The notes under the pieces were generated by a model. The model searched no databases and was not told the origin of the DNA. It saw only the letters and a program-made list of their open reading frames with translations. The translations under genes and the position numbers were made by a program. From positions 34,878,957 through 34,942,956 of the forward strand of contig NC_058134.1 of NCBI RefSeq assembly GCF_016433145.1: 64,000 nt of DNA, read 5' to 3'. Each line of letters starts with the position of its first letter. The stretch's first letter is position 1. Origin of the DNA: Gracilinanus agilis. Taxonomy: Eukaryota. Below, piece by piece: positions 1-13,989 of the stretch.

Positions 1-836
1 TCTTTTTCTTCTGGACTTCCCTATTGCTTGCCATTGTTAGCCCCGCCCCTTTTCAGCTTTGTCTTCGCACTCAGGGTCTGCCTGTGCCTTCCAAGCTCCC
101 AGGGGCTCAGGTCTCCTTGTCCTCGGGGTCAGGCCTGCTGGTAGACCCCGGTCTGCCCCTCTGCCAGAGGCTTCTTCAGCAGTCTTTGGGGCTGCTTCCA
201 CAGCTGCGCTCCCATCCTCACCAGGTCCTCACTGGAGGTCTAAGCCTGGGCTGGAGATTGTTATTCAAGCCTAGGGCACTGCCTTTGCCTGCACAGATGC
301 TCTTAGAACACTACTGCCTTCACCCATGCAGAAGCTAGGGAAAGTCCTTGGGCTGGAGATCTTTATTCACACCTGAGGCAATGCCTTCAGTGCTTGGGAA
401 AGACCGTGTTTTAGAGGCTTTGTCCCGCCCCGAGGTGGTGCCTTCACCCACGTGGACGCTCAGGGAAAGTCTGTGCTCGACCCCCAGCCACTTGGGGTCC
501 CTCGTGTTGCAGCACACAGATACAAGCCCTGGGGCTGCCAGTGATTATCTGGTTGCCCCAGTCCTATTTTCACTCTTGTGCGTTGGCGTTGTGCGAGGTG
601 TGCGGTGTGGGGGGTGGGGGTGGGGCTTCTTCCTCTCAAGTTTTAGTGAGAGCTGTTTCACACCTTTATAGTGTTGAAATGCCCCAATTCTGCGGACCTT
701 CAATGCTGCGCCCTGTTGTGGGTTTCCTTCATTCGTCTGGACTCGTTTTTTATTTCCCCTTGAGGAGTCCTGTATGCTTTGGTCAGGAGAGATCGAGCAG
801 CTGCTCCTTACTCTGCTACCATCTTAACTGGAAGCT
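1..836 (-). mobile_element. L1 (L1_Mdo-type) 5'UTR and 5' end; element continues off the left edge
   Basis: Minus strand begins cttccagttaagatggtagcagagtaaggagcagctgctc, the typical opossum L1 start; GC- and CpG-richer than the flanks. Confidence 0.8.
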
Positions 837-1004
837 GGATGTATCCTTGTAAGTTTCTTAAGGAGGGAGTGACGTGACCAGATCTGCATTTTAGGAATAT
901 TATAATGGCAGCAACACAGAAGAATGATTGTAGAGGGAAGAGATTGAAACTTGGTAATTTAATTAGGAGACTATCAATTATAATAGTTTATTTAAAAGAT
1001 AAGG

Positions 1005-1790
1005 GCAAAATGACCAATGGTTAGAGAGGGTGTAGAAAAATGTGGACACTAATACATCATTGGTGAAACTATGAGCTGATCCAACCATTCTGGAAAACAA
1101 TCTGGAATTATATTCAAAGTTATAAAACTGTGTATACATCTTGACTCAACAATACCACTACTAGATTTATTTTCTAAGGTTACCAAGGAAAATAAAAAAT
1201 ATGTTCTAAAATAATTATAACAGCTTTCTTTGTGGTGGCAAAGAACTTGGAAACTAAAAGAATGTCCATCACTTTTGGAATAGTCGAACAAATTGTGGTA
1301 TATGATTGTAATGGAATACTGTTGTGCCATAAAAAATTACAAACAGTGTGGTCACAACAATGATATATGATGATCAGCTCTGAATGACTATTGTCAACAA
1401 AGCAAGGATCCAGGACAAATCTAAGGGACTCATGATGAAAAAAGAATATCCACCACTCAAGACTGAAATGTACCATTCTTCACTTTATTTTCTCTATGAA
1501 TTTTTCTCTCATGAAAACAATATATGTCTTGTTTTACAACATAAGGAACAGGGAAACACATGCAATAATATATGTAGAACAAATATATTACCTGCCTTTT
1601 TGGGGAGAGAAAATAAAAACTATTAATTTATTGTTAAATAGGAAGCTTTTGAAAAATAGGGCTAGTTATAATTATGTAAGAAAGAAAAGAAAATTGATGA
1701 ATAATTTAAAAATATAAATGAGAGCAAAAGAAGATATAGAATGGGCTTTAGGCTAGCAAAGCAGTGTGGCAACTCATGTTAAATTTGAAA
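1005..1790 (+). mobile_element. Old L1 3' fragment (ORF2 C-terminus plus 3'UTR)
   Basis: Decayed L1 ORF2 end motifs (atccaaccattctggaaaacaat, ttgtggtggcaaagaacttggaaac, atggaatactgttgtgcc). Confidence 0.8.
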
Positions 1791-4700
1791 TATATATGTT
1801 TTAATATCTGTATTTAATGGAGATCCACAATTTCATATGTGGTCCTCTTTTTCCTGTTTTTTTTATGTGGAAAAGTTCATGTTTGTTATTGCTTATCAAG
1901 TTCATAGTAATAAGAGAAAATTAAAAAGGGTAGTGATGGTAGCCTGGAATAAGGAGAATAGATTTTTCTAAATCAATCATTCAATGAACAATCATTTAGG
2001 TAATTACTATGTGCCAGGCACTGAGCTTTAGTGATGGAGATACAAAGGAAAAAAATGGAAATAGACCCTGTCTGCAACAAGATTAAATTCTAATGATGTT
2101 TTAGGGGAAGAATCATCAAGGCTTAGAAACTGATTTGATATTGAATATAAGATAATTCTGAGGTTTTGGCTGTAGAAATTTTACCTTCATTATGAAATAA
2201 AATGCTCACTTAAAGTGCCACTGTATACTTGATGTCTTTAATGTATCTTTTCCCAAATTCACTGTTACATTTTCAGGAGGTATTGAGATGAGGGGCAGTG
2301 TTTTAACTTTTAATACTAATAGCTTATTTTATGTAGTGCTAACTGCCTTACAAATATTATCTTAATCTTTAGAGGTAGGTGCTATCATTATCCTTATTTT
2401 GCAGGTGAGGAACCTGAGGTAAACAGAGATTGTGACTTGCCCAGGATCAAACAACTAATGTGTCCAAAGGTCTTTCTGACTACCATCCCAGAAATCTATC
2501 CATTGTGTCATCTAGCTGCCATTTATCACTACCCAGTCCATCTGATGAATGTCTGTTAATATTTCTCAGCTACACTGTATATACAATTCTAATTTTTAGG
2601 GCTTCCTCCTTATCAGCTTCCTTTAATTCTCATATTAAATTCTCTGGATTCATAGTTCATGTGAAGATAAGCCTCCACTCTTATGGCAACCATTACCTCC
2701 ATCCTTTATATAATTCATGTTTCTTTATCCTTTCCTTATTTAGCAGTAGAATTGTAGTAGAATACCTTGTAGTAGAATAGAAACCTTTTGAGGGAAGGGG
2801 CTGTTACTTGCTTTAGTATTTATAACTCCAGTGCCATGCACACATGGCATAGGGATGCAACCTGTGATTTCACTTATCTAGGAAACTCTTAGATGAGGAA
2901 ATTCTCTCTACCAATTCAAGTGGTCACCTTCTATGTAATCTACATCCTTGGAAAATCTCCTAGAGTGCTTACATGATAAGTAACTTTCCATGGGTAAAAC
3001 AGATAGTATGTCACAGGCACAGAACCTGAATCCAGGCCTTTTTGACTTGGAGGCCAGCTGTCTTTCAATGGTGCCATGTTGCTTTGCACACTATGGGTGA
3101 TTAATAAATTCTTGTTACATTGAACTGAATCCCATTGACTTTCCCCTGACATCAGGAAAGACTGCCCCTGAACATATTGTAATTTCAGAAGCCATTGAAT
3201 AGAAAAATATGATATACCTGCCAGACTGGATACAGAGACTTGTTCTTGTTGTCTGTTCCTTTTATCTCAATCTTTTTTTGGATTCCTTTTTTCTTATGCC
3301 TTTCTTCTGGCTCCTTTGAGCTCTGACATTATCACTGAGGGGGACGAGAATAAGAAAAACACTGGAAAGTAGCTACTTTCTATAATGATGATGCCCATTT
3401 CCATCCTTCTAGAGATGTATTACTCTCTCCCTCATTCCCAACACATTTTGAAATTATAGGCTGTTGTTCAATGGCCTCTGGGTGGTAGAGTGAGAGCTGT
3501 CTGGCTTCTGTACAGAAGAGCAACCTTAGCTTAGTCTTTTGTTTGTGCCTGCATCTGTCTCCCTTGAGGTACCAGGACTAAAGAAAACAGATGAGTGATG
3601 ACGTATTTCATTTTACTTGATGGTGTTAGAGGACAGCAGAGTATCTCTTTTCCTGACAATATTCCCTATAAAGGACTATAGAACAAGAAAGAGCTTCGCT
3701 GCAAAGCTAGAGTAACCAGAGAGCTACATTTGTATGATGGTGCCAAAGGTCAAGGATATCACCCATTCTGGAGGTTTTTGGTGTTAAGAGAGGTGGAAAA
3801 AAGTGGTGGAAAAAGAGATTATCTTTGGTGGAAGAGAGATGCTACAGGGATAGATGACTGATAATTGAAGCCAAACTCGAGAATGAATACATGGATTCTG
3901 AATCCCTTCCTCCCTTTAAGGCTTAGCCCCAGTGCCACATCCTCCTGAAATCCTTTCCTAATTTCCCACACTTGGTAGAACTTGAACCTCCTTAAAATTA
4001 CTTTGCTACTGGACTTTGAGTTAGCAAGTCATGGGTTCAAATCCTGTTTCAGATATTCAGTAGCTATGCATCTTGGACAAGTCAAATAACCTTACTGAGA
4101 TAAAATGGAGATAATAATAGCACCTATCACAAAGAGATGTAAGGATAAAAAATTATCAAATAATGATAATAAAGGAAATTATATTATTATATTAATTATG
4201 TTATAGTAATATTAGATTATATCAATAATTAAGATAATAAGAAGATAATAAAATACTTTGTAGCCCTGAAAGTACTATATGAATGCAATTGTTATTATTT
4301 GCTGTGTGCGTGGGTATCTCTAAAGTTTTATTTCAGTTTTAAGCCATTATGAGGTGTTGAATCACAAAATCACATAATTTCAGAGTTGATGGGAATCTCA
4401 GGGACTATATAATATAACCTCACCCTAACCAAGAATCTATTCCTTAGTGAGGAGAAAACCTCTATCTTCCCAGGGCAACCTATTTAACTTGGCATAATTT
4501 ATTATTAGGAAGTTTTGCTTATATTAAGTTTGCTTCTCTGCACATATGAGTTACAATTCTGCTCTCTGTGGCCAAGCAGAAAAAAATCATATATATATAT
4601 ATATGTATATATATATTATATACACACAGAATCACATAAATTATAAAACCCTTTACATTCTGTCTTGGAAACAAAGTTATGTTTGTTTCTTTGTTCCAAA

Positions 4701-7700
4701 GGAGGAGAGAGATGAGGGTTAGGCAACTCATATTAAGTGACCTGCCTAGGGTCACATAGGAAATGTCTGAGGCCAGGTTTAATATATATTTTGCATATTA
4801 CTGTTCAGTTGTTGCAGTCATTTCTGACTCTCCCTGACCCCATCTAGGGTTTTCTTAGCAAAGATAGTGGAATGGCTTGTAATTTCCTCCTCCCTCTTAT
4901 TTTACAGATGATGAAACAGGGTTAACTGATTTGCCTAGAGTCAAACAACTAGTCTGTGTCTGAGGTCAGATTTGGACTCAGGAAGATGAGTTCCTGACTT
5001 TAGATCTGACACTCTCTATCCACTTTGTCATCTAGCTGCCAATCCTTTACCTGACAGTCCTTCAAATGAAGCTATTTATCATAACCTCCTTAAGTCTTCT
5101 GACTGAACATCTCCAGTGTTTTTAAAGCAACTTTTATATGGCATTATCTCAAGGTCCTTTACCAGTCTGGTCACCCTGGAGCTCAGAGGTTAAGTTACAT
5201 TACTGTTTTTCTTTTATATGTATATTTGTCCTTGTCTCCTATTAGAATATAAACAGAGACTGTTTCATTTATTGAACTTGTATTTCTAGTTCTGTGTCTG
5301 ACACATGGGAGTTGCTTTTTAAATGCTTGCTTATCAAATCTCCCCCACTAAAATGTGAGCTGATTGAGGACAGGGACTTTATTTTTGCTTTTTTTCTGGG
5401 TCCCTTACAATTGGCACAATGCTTGGAATTTATTCAGCACTTAAAAATATTGGTTGACCTGATAAAATGATTGTCTTGGATGAGATTTGAACTCAGGACT
5501 TCCAAATTTCAAATCTAGTACACTCCATTGTGCCAGGCTGTGAGGAGTTACAATATGTCTTTAGGCCTTAAACTTCATTTATTGGAACCTGAAGGAGACC
5601 CCTGTCCCTGCAAGTTTCTTCAGAGGGATCAGAGCTGGGTTCAGATAGGAAGCAGCTAGCCATGAGGCAGTCAGAAGCTTCACGGCCTCTTCCTCCACCC
5701 AGCCCCAAAAGATGGCTCACTGACTGGTAACCTCTGCCCCTGCTTCAGAGCAGAAGGCTGAAGTTCTTCATTTAACTGGCTGGGGAGCTGGGGAGCTGGG
5801 GAGCTGCTGCTGCAGTGTGAAAGCCCTTGATGGGTATTTTAACAAGCTTTCCAGCTGGACTATATGTGGCACAATAATGTTAATCACTGAGCTCCAGAAA
5901 GGTTTTGGCCCCAGGTGACAGCTAATCAAGGCCTTTTCTTTTCCAGTAGCAACCTTACTTCCCATTGGCAGTTTGTTATGGCTAGAAAACCTGGAGCTGG
6001 TCGGTTATGACTTGAAAGGAGCCAATTGTTGGAGTTAGAGTGTACATTTTTGAAGATTTATTAAGACTGTGATGAAGAGATGAGTGGGAACTTGGAGAAA
6101 CCCTCTATCTTATTCCTTCTACACTAGAACCAATCCTGAAAGTGAGAAAACGAAACAAAGCCAAAACAACTCAATAGACAGGCATGCAAACAAGAGTTGA
6201 ATTAGTTTTTGTGGGGGATACATGAAATTGGATGAAACAATTTTATTGCTAAAGAATTCCCAAGTCAATCAAAAAGCTTTAAAAAAAAGTCTTACTATGT
6301 AACTAGGCACTGTCCGAGGTTCTGAAAATTCAAAGACAACAATGAAACAGTACAGAAAATGTTAAACCCTCTAGAATGTACATTTTATCAGGATGCTTTA
6401 GGGATTCTTTCTGAGGAGCTCAATTTTATATATTATTTAAAGTAAATCAAGTTGACAATTATTTATTATAGTACTTACTCTGTGACAAATCCATTGTAAA
6501 TTTAAAAAAAATCTTTATCTTCTGTCTTAGGAGCAATAGTAAGAGTCAATTTCAAAGCAAAACAGTGGTAAGGGACAGGCAATTGGGGTTACATGACTTG
6601 CTCAGGGTCACATAGCTAGATTGTATCTGAGGTCATATTTGAATCCTGGATCTCTTGTCTCCAGGCCTGGCTCTCTATCCACTGAACCACCTTGCTGCCC
6701 CCCACTTTGTAAATCTTAACCTGCTTTATAAGTACTATTGTTGTTATTATTATTATTTACGACTCAGAATCAGGTAATCATAGATGGAGAAAGTGCAAAT
6801 AGATACAACTATCTTATTTTAAGAATGGGAAAACTGAGACCTGGAGAGTTTGTGACTTACCCAAGGTCATCCAGTTAGTTATAGCTAATATGCAATTCAA
6901 TTCATTTTGCCTCAGTCCCCTCAAATATAAAATGAGGACAATAGCTCCTACCTCTTAGTTGTTGTGATGATGAAATGAGGTAATATTTGTAAAGTGATGA
7001 GCAGAGACCCTGGTATATAGTAGGTAACTAGTGGATGGCTGTTTCCTCCCTTCTTTGCTAATTAATTTCTTTCTGCCCTATACAATTATTTCTCTCCATG
7101 TTCTAAATTGGATCATTAAGGCACAGAGAGGTTCTCTCACACTAATAGTCACAGAAAAATGAAAATTCATGCTCTGAAACTCCCCATCTGGGACTCTTTC
7201 CAGGAAACAACAAAATAAGAAATGCTGAGAGTTGGAAGGGGACCTTGCTGATCCTCCAGTCCAACTCATGCCTAGGAAAGGAACCCTACTTCTAGTACCT
7301 AAATTCCTGGATAAAAATAAAGAACATCTAAGAGAAAGTTTATTTTAAGTATTCTCCCAAATATAAAAAAAACTTGCTTTTAAACCAAGGAAGCAAAAAA
7401 GGCTCCATTAAAAATATCACAGGGTTAGACTAAGAAGGGATCATAGAAGTCATAAAGTTCAAGCCCTTCACTTTATAGAAGAGGAAGGGGAGATTCAGGG
7501 AGGCAAAATGATTTGTTGAACATCACACAAGTAGTAAGTTGTAAAACCAGGATTGGTATCTGGGTTCTTTGGCTTTGAATCTAGAATTTTTTTGCCATTG
7601 CACTACTTTGGTAGAAAATGAGTAAAGAAAAACAATTCTCCACTCTTTTGCCTTCTTTCATCTTTCTATTAATTGCAACCTTATGATACGTTAGGAAGTG

Positions 7701-8108
7701 GATAGATCTGGATGAATTTGGCAGAATGTATGGTGATAGAATTGATTACAGTTTCTGACTTCCTTGTTTTGATTCTAATCAACAGCTTTAAATAAAATGT
7801 TTCTATCTCATTCCTTCCAGCTAAGTAGAGGAATGGAGGATGATGTTGAGAAGATAAAGGGAAATAGGGTGGGATGTTAGAGCCTGAGAACATAAGCAAG
7901 TAATTATTGCCTTTGCTCAGTGGGAACACCAAACTTAATGATGTAGTAGTGTAGGCAAGATTTGATGGCATGGAATCCAACAAGAGGATCTAAAAGTAGA
8001 TTTCACCAAATTCTCTTGCCAAGGAAAGTTTGGATTTGAATGAAGTTCTACAGTTTTCATCTCATGGGGTTATGCTGGGGATGTTTCCTCTTTATAGAAA
8101 AACAATGA

Positions 8109-8311
8109 GCAGCCCAGCTGGGTGGCTCAGTGGTTTGAGAGCCAGGCCTAGAGATGGAAGATGCTAGGTTCAAATCTGGTCTCAGATACTTCCCAGCTGT
8201 GTGACCCTAGATAAGTCACTTAACCTCCTTTACCTAGCCCATTACCACTCTTCTGCTTTATAACCAATACATAGTATTGATTCTACAATGGGAGGTAAGG
8301 GTTTAAAAAAA
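8109..8311 (+). mobile_element. SINE1_Mdo-like tRNA/CORE SINE
   Basis: A/B-box head, CORE, tail ending ggtaagggttt(A)n; TSD aaaacaatga on both sides. Confidence 0.9.
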
Positions 8312-10570
8312 CAATGATAATAATAATAATTTATGATTCCATAGTGGCTTTATAGATGATAAAACATTTTCCATTCAGCATCTCATTTGGTTAACTATAA
8401 CTTTGTAAAGTAGGTTAGTACAAGCATTGTTATATTATTTTATAAATGAGGAAACTGAGGTTCATGGAGATACCTTGCTCTATTCTCCCCCAGGGATTGG
8501 TTTCTCTATCTAGGAAATGAAAGTATTTGATTGGATATCCTCTGAGGACCCTTCCAATTTTAAATCTATGATGATAGGCTTAAAGTTCACATAGTGAGTC
8601 TGAAGCAGGGTCAGGACTTAAGCTTTGCACAGCAAGATGGAACCTTAGAGATCATCTAACTCAATCCAATTATTCAAAATTGAAGAAAGAGACCTGGAGA
8701 AGGAAAGTGACTTACTTGAGGTCACACAGTACATCAACAACAGGCCAAAGATCAAAACAAGGCTTTGGACTCCAAGCCCCAGTGCTCTTCCTACTACATT
8801 GGACTCAATTGCATGGTTGATTTTTTTTCTAGCTGCTACTTCTCTAATTTTCCTGATGATTAAAGTAGGAACAGTTAATGAGCTTGGGGGCACTGTGCCT
8901 CAGTGGCTGAAGGGAGCTTTGGGGCTAATCCTAGCTTTGCTAGTGACTTTCAGTGTAGCCATAAGCAAGTCACTCAGGTTATTAGTCTCTGAGAAAAGAC
9001 GATGGTGGAGCTGTATGCTCGGCTACCATGACAACAACATCTCTCTTAACCTGGATAAAGTCTCAGTTAGCTCTGTTTTTTAAGCAGGTATACACACTGG
9101 TAGAAATAAATTTTGGTGGGGAATAGAGATTGGGAATTTATTGTTCCAACCTTTTTGGCCTTATCAATATACATAGGATTTAATGGTTAGAATCAGAATT
9201 CTCAGAATAGGGAATTTCCATTCCCTCTACTAATTATAACTGAACACAGAGAAAGTGATTGCTAAGGCATTTTAAGGTCTTCAATACCACAATGTCCTTA
9301 TGCACTCCCCACTGAAATTTGACTACAGAAAAAAACCCATGGAATTAACAATGAAAATGGATAGCACAACAAACAAATACTTTAGAACACCAACTGTGGC
9401 ACCTGTAGGGGGAAGTTCAGTGTCTCATGTAAAAATATCAGCTCTCTTGACCAGCCTTACAAAGTATGTGTCGAGTCAACAATCCTAAGCACTTAACTAT
9501 GTTTTAGACATTGTACTGATATGTCAAAAGAAAGCCCATCCCTGGCTTCAAAGAGCTTACATTCTAATAGGGGAAGATGATACAGCAAGGGAATTGGAAA
9601 GGGAAGAGGGAAGGAGGAAGTATTACTTGTGTGGGGGCGTGATGGAGAAATCTTGAGAGTCAGGGATGGAGCTGGGAGAGAAAAATGAAGGAGTGGAGCA
9701 TGACTGGTATTGGTACTTTCTCAAAAAGGAGGTTCTGGGAGCAACTCATCACTCAGAGGAGTAGAATGTGTACTGCCATATGTGTAGTTCTAGGCTCTGA
9801 TGGGCACTAAGAAAATCAAGTGATCTTGAGAAATTCGCTAAAATTCTATGATGACTTTGGTGACATCAGAAACAGCAGTATTTTTTTCCATGATTCTCAA
9901 TAGGATGGAGTGTGGCAGTATTATGTCCCTATCTTTATCTCTTTCCTTTCTCCATTCCATTTCTATTTCCACCTTTCTTTTTTTCTTTTTTCTTTTTTTC
10001 TCTCTTTCTAGTTCGCTACAACCATTGTGAAGGCCAAAAAAGAGAACCGGTGACTCAATATATTTACAGGATTGGGGCAAGTCCTTTCATTTCAATCAAA
10101 GAACATCACTGTAAATAATTTAGGTAGTTATAAACAAGGTGTGTATACACGTAGCTATCATTTCCAAGTGTGCATGTGAGAAGACATAGACTTATAGAAT
10201 ATTAGAGTAAGAAGAAACCTAAATCTGTCCTTTCAGTACAGTGAATAGAGCACTAGGTCTATAGTCAGAATGACATGACTTCAAATACAGTTTCAGGCAC
10301 TTGTGAACTATGTGCATGTCACTTAAACTCTATCTGCCTTGATTGCCTTATCTCTAAAATAGGGGAAATAATAATACCTACCTAACTCACAGAGTTGGGA
10401 GAATCAAATAAAATAATATTGCTAAAGTGCTTAACATAGTGCTTGACCCATAGTGGGTACTTTACGAATGTGAATCACCTCCAACCTTCCCTCTCCCACT
10501 TCACAAGTGAGCAAAGTGAGTCTCATAGAATGAGACTTTGAAGTGGAGGTGATTTTAAAGGCCTTCTGGA

Positions 10571-10765
10571 AGAGCAGCAAGGTGGCTCAATGTATTGAGA
10601 ATCAGGTCTAGAGATGGAAGTTCCTGCATTGAAATCTGGTCATGGACACTTCCTAGCTGTGTGACCCTGGGCAAATAACTTGTCCCTCATTACCTATTCC
10701 TTACAACTCTTTTGCCTTGGAACTAATATACAGTATTGATTCTAAGATGGAAGGTAAGTTTTTTA
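10571..10765 (+). mobile_element. SINE1_Mdo-like SINE
   Basis: Full head-to-tail match; degenerate TSD aaaggccttctgg / aaaggctttctagg. Confidence 0.85.
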
Positions 10766-10831
10766 AAAGGCTTTCTAGGCCCACTGGTACTTCAACAAGA
10801 ATCCCTTCTATTACTTACTTAATAAGTGGTC

Positions 10832-11845
10832 TTCCTTCCCAAATATATAAGGAACTCATTTACGAAAAATCAAGTCATTCCCCAATCGACAAATGGTCAA
10901 GGGATATGAATAGGCAGTTCCCAGAAGAAGACATCAAAACTATCAATAATAACATGAAAAGTGTTATAAATACCTCCTGATTAGAGAAATGCAACCCACC
11001 ACAACTCTGAGGTATCACCTGACATCTAGAAGATTGGCTATTATGGCAGCAAAGGAAAGGAATAAATGTTGGAGGGGATGTGGCAAAACTGGGACACTAA
11101 TACACTACTGGTGGAGTTGTGAATTAATCCAACCATTCTGGAGGACAATTTGGAACTATGCCCAAAGAGCTTTAAAATAATTCCTGATCTTTGATACAGC
11201 CACACCACTGCTGAGTTTGTGCCCAAAAGAGATAAAAGGGGAAAAAATACATGTACAAAAATATTTATAGCCACACTCTTTGTGGTTACAAAAAATTGGA
11301 AAATGAGGGGGTGTCCATTGATTGGGGAATGGCTGAGCAAATTGTGGTATCTGATGGTGATGGAATACTATTGTGCTGAAAGGAATGATTAACTGGAGGA
11401 TTTCTATGTGAACTGGAAAGACCTCCAGGAATTGATGCAGAGCAAAATGAATTGAACCAGGAGAACATTGTACACAGAAACTAAAACATTGTGGCACAAT
11501 CAAAAGTAACAGACTTTACTACTAGTAGCAATGCAATGATCCAGGACAATCCAGAGGAACTTATGAGAAAGATGCTATCTGTATACGGAGAAACAACTGT
11601 GGGAGTAGAAATGCAGAAGAAAAACATGTCAATCACGTGGTTCAATGAGGATATGATTGGGTTTATGGCATTAAAAGATCATTCTACTGCAAATATGAAT
11701 AATATGGAAATAGGTTTTGAACAATGATACATGTATAACCCAGTGGGATTGCTTGTCAGCTCAGGAGGGGGAGAGAAAGGGGTGGGAAAAATCATGAATC
11801 ATGCAACTATGAAAAAATATTCTAAAGAAATAAATACATTTAAAA
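10832..11845 (+). mobile_element. 5'-truncated L1_Mdo (ORF2 C-terminus plus 3'UTR)
   Basis: Translation TLRYHLT..RLA..KCWRGCGKTGTLIHYWWSCELIQPFW matches the L1 ORF2 Cys-rich end; 11-bp TSD aataagtggtc at 10821-10831 and 11846-11856. Confidence 0.92.
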
Positions 11846-12589
11846 AATAAGTGGTCATCTTTTTCCTTGAAGACCTCCCATGAGGGGGAGAACCCACTAT
11901 TCCCTGAGGCAGCCCATTCTATTTTTGAACCCCTCTAATTGTTAAGATTTCTTTCTTATATCAACCCTAAATTTTCCCCTGCAGTCTACTTCTTGTACCT
12001 ATTTCTTCCTTCTGTGGACAAGTAGAGCAAGTGTAAACCCTTGGGAACTTAATAATCCTATGAATACTTCAAGATAATTTCCTTTTCTCCACCAAGTGTT
12101 CTCTTTTTGTAGGTAGAATAGCCACATTCCTTTAGGGTGGTCTCATATGACATATACTCAAGACTTTTGAGCAGAGTTGAAGAGTGGAGAGGAAGACTGA
12201 GAGTCTGTGAGTCAAGTATTGAGCCTCATAAGAAGGAAGGGACAATGACCTAGAAACTGGTATTTGACTGCAATAAAGAACTAGTCAAGATCAGGTCAGT
12301 CATGTATTTGGATTTGAGAGAGACCTTATATATCATATTTTCCAATCCCTCATTTTATAGATGAAGAAATTGAGGTTCACAATGGTATTACTTGGCAGAG
12401 ACAGGATTTGAATCTAGGTGCTCAAACCACAAATCTAGTACCTCATGTTCTCCATCATCTCTTCAGTTCCATATTCCTTGCAATTCTGTACTCAGTCCTC
12501 TTCTCTTGTGTACCTTACTTATTGGCAGGATTGTTAATTCCTAAAACTATTCTGATCATCCAAACAATATGATTCCTAAAATTTTAATT

Positions 12590-13380
12590 TATATTTCTGA
12601 CCTCTTTCCTGAATTTCATAACAGCAAATTGGTAAAGAACTGGCTTTTGAATTGTTCACTAGCATTTTGATTTTAACTTATTTCAAACTGGACCTATGTT
12701 TTTCCTCTTTAATTTTTCCATATGATGACCTCACTATTTCTCTTAGTGTTAATCACCTTTCTCAAACTCCTTTGTTTAAAACTTTAACATCACCGTTGTC
12801 TTTTTATCATTCCTTATTTCAGAACTCTCAAATGCTTCAGTAGACCTTGGATCTTGACAACTCTTGATCTTGAGAGTACCATCCAACCCATTCATGGATG
12901 CCTATCCTCTGGAAGGCTTGTTCACAACCTCCCATATATTCAGCACAGGGGGTACAGTCAATGTACTAAAGGCCTTCCTGACAAGTCTAATCTTTATTTT
13001 CGTATCACAACCTATCTTCTTATAAAGTCACTCTGTGGTCCAGTCAAGCATGACTAACTCATAAGTGTTCCTCCTGATGTCTGTGTTCCTCTGTGTCTTT
13101 GTACCTGCTGTCTCCCAATTCTTTTTCACCTATGCCTCTTGAAAATCCTGGTGTCCTTCAAGATTTAGCTCAAGTGGAACCTTTCCTGATTCATTCAGGA
13201 GCCAACACATTTCCATTCAAGGTTACCCTGTGTTTACTTTGCATGTTTCTTGGACATACATGTATACATGTTATTTTCCCTGCTAGAATACAAACTTCTT
13301 GAGAGCAAGGAAAATTATGCTTTTGTCTTTATATTTCCAACACCTAGCATAGTGATAAGCACATAGTAGACATTAGGAAT
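12590..13380 (+). mobile_element. L2 3' fragment
   Basis: C/T-rich L2 body ending ctagaatacaaacttcttgagagcaagg...cctagcatagtg...gcacatagtag. Confidence 0.7.
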
Positions 13381-13640
13381 TAAAGCTGATATTTCATTGG
13401 TACAAGGCATTCCCAGGTGGGAAAAGTAGCTTGTCATATGAAAGTCAAGATCTTTCCCACAATTTATGATCTTAGAGATTTGTCTAGAGCAGTGAGAAGT
13501 TAAATGACTTGCCCATGATCACATGGACTGTATGTTAGAAGTAGGTCTGACTTTGAGGCTGGTTTTCTATTCGTTGTATTGTTCCACATCTCTTTTCAAA
13601 ATTAAGAAGAAATCAAGATTGTAGTTTCATTGGTCTAGAG

Positions 13641-13822
13641 CAGTGATGGGCAAACTTTTTAAAGAGAGAGCCAGAGGAAAAGAAATGCTCATCTGTCAGT
13701 CTGTTTCTAAGGCAATTCTTTTGGAGTTTCTTTGTATTGTATCCTACTCATTATATTCGTCAGATTAGGAATAATTTTGCACCGCTAGATCTGGCCCATT
13801 GGCCGTAGTTTGCCCATCACTG
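13641..13822. mobile_element. Non-autonomous hAT (Charlie-type) MITE, 182 bp
   Basis: 16-bp perfect TIR cagtgatgggcaaact; 8-bp TSD gtctagag/gtctagtg; same family as 63850-64000 in the opposite orientation. Confidence 0.92.
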
Positions 13823-13989
13823 GTCTAGTGAATTCCAGTGAGAAAACTCCCTCTAAGTCTACCTGTCAAGACAAACTTAGGTAAATTAATTTAGGTAAAA
13901 TTGTTATTTAATTATATTGTCTTGGCCTACTCATTAGCAACTAATATTTTCCACTTATTTAAGTCTGACTTGGTGCGAAATGTGTTTTG

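Noticed and set aside
24-852. Antisense ORFs in the L1 5'UTR as an ORF0 analogue
   Set aside because: The long ones begin at TTG or GTG, have no recognisable similarity, and are expected in GC-rich sequence.
8799-9083. Hydrophobic 94-aa ORF resembling a small membrane protein
   Set aside because: Starts at TTG, overlaps MIR-derived sequence, and has no splice context or recognisable family.
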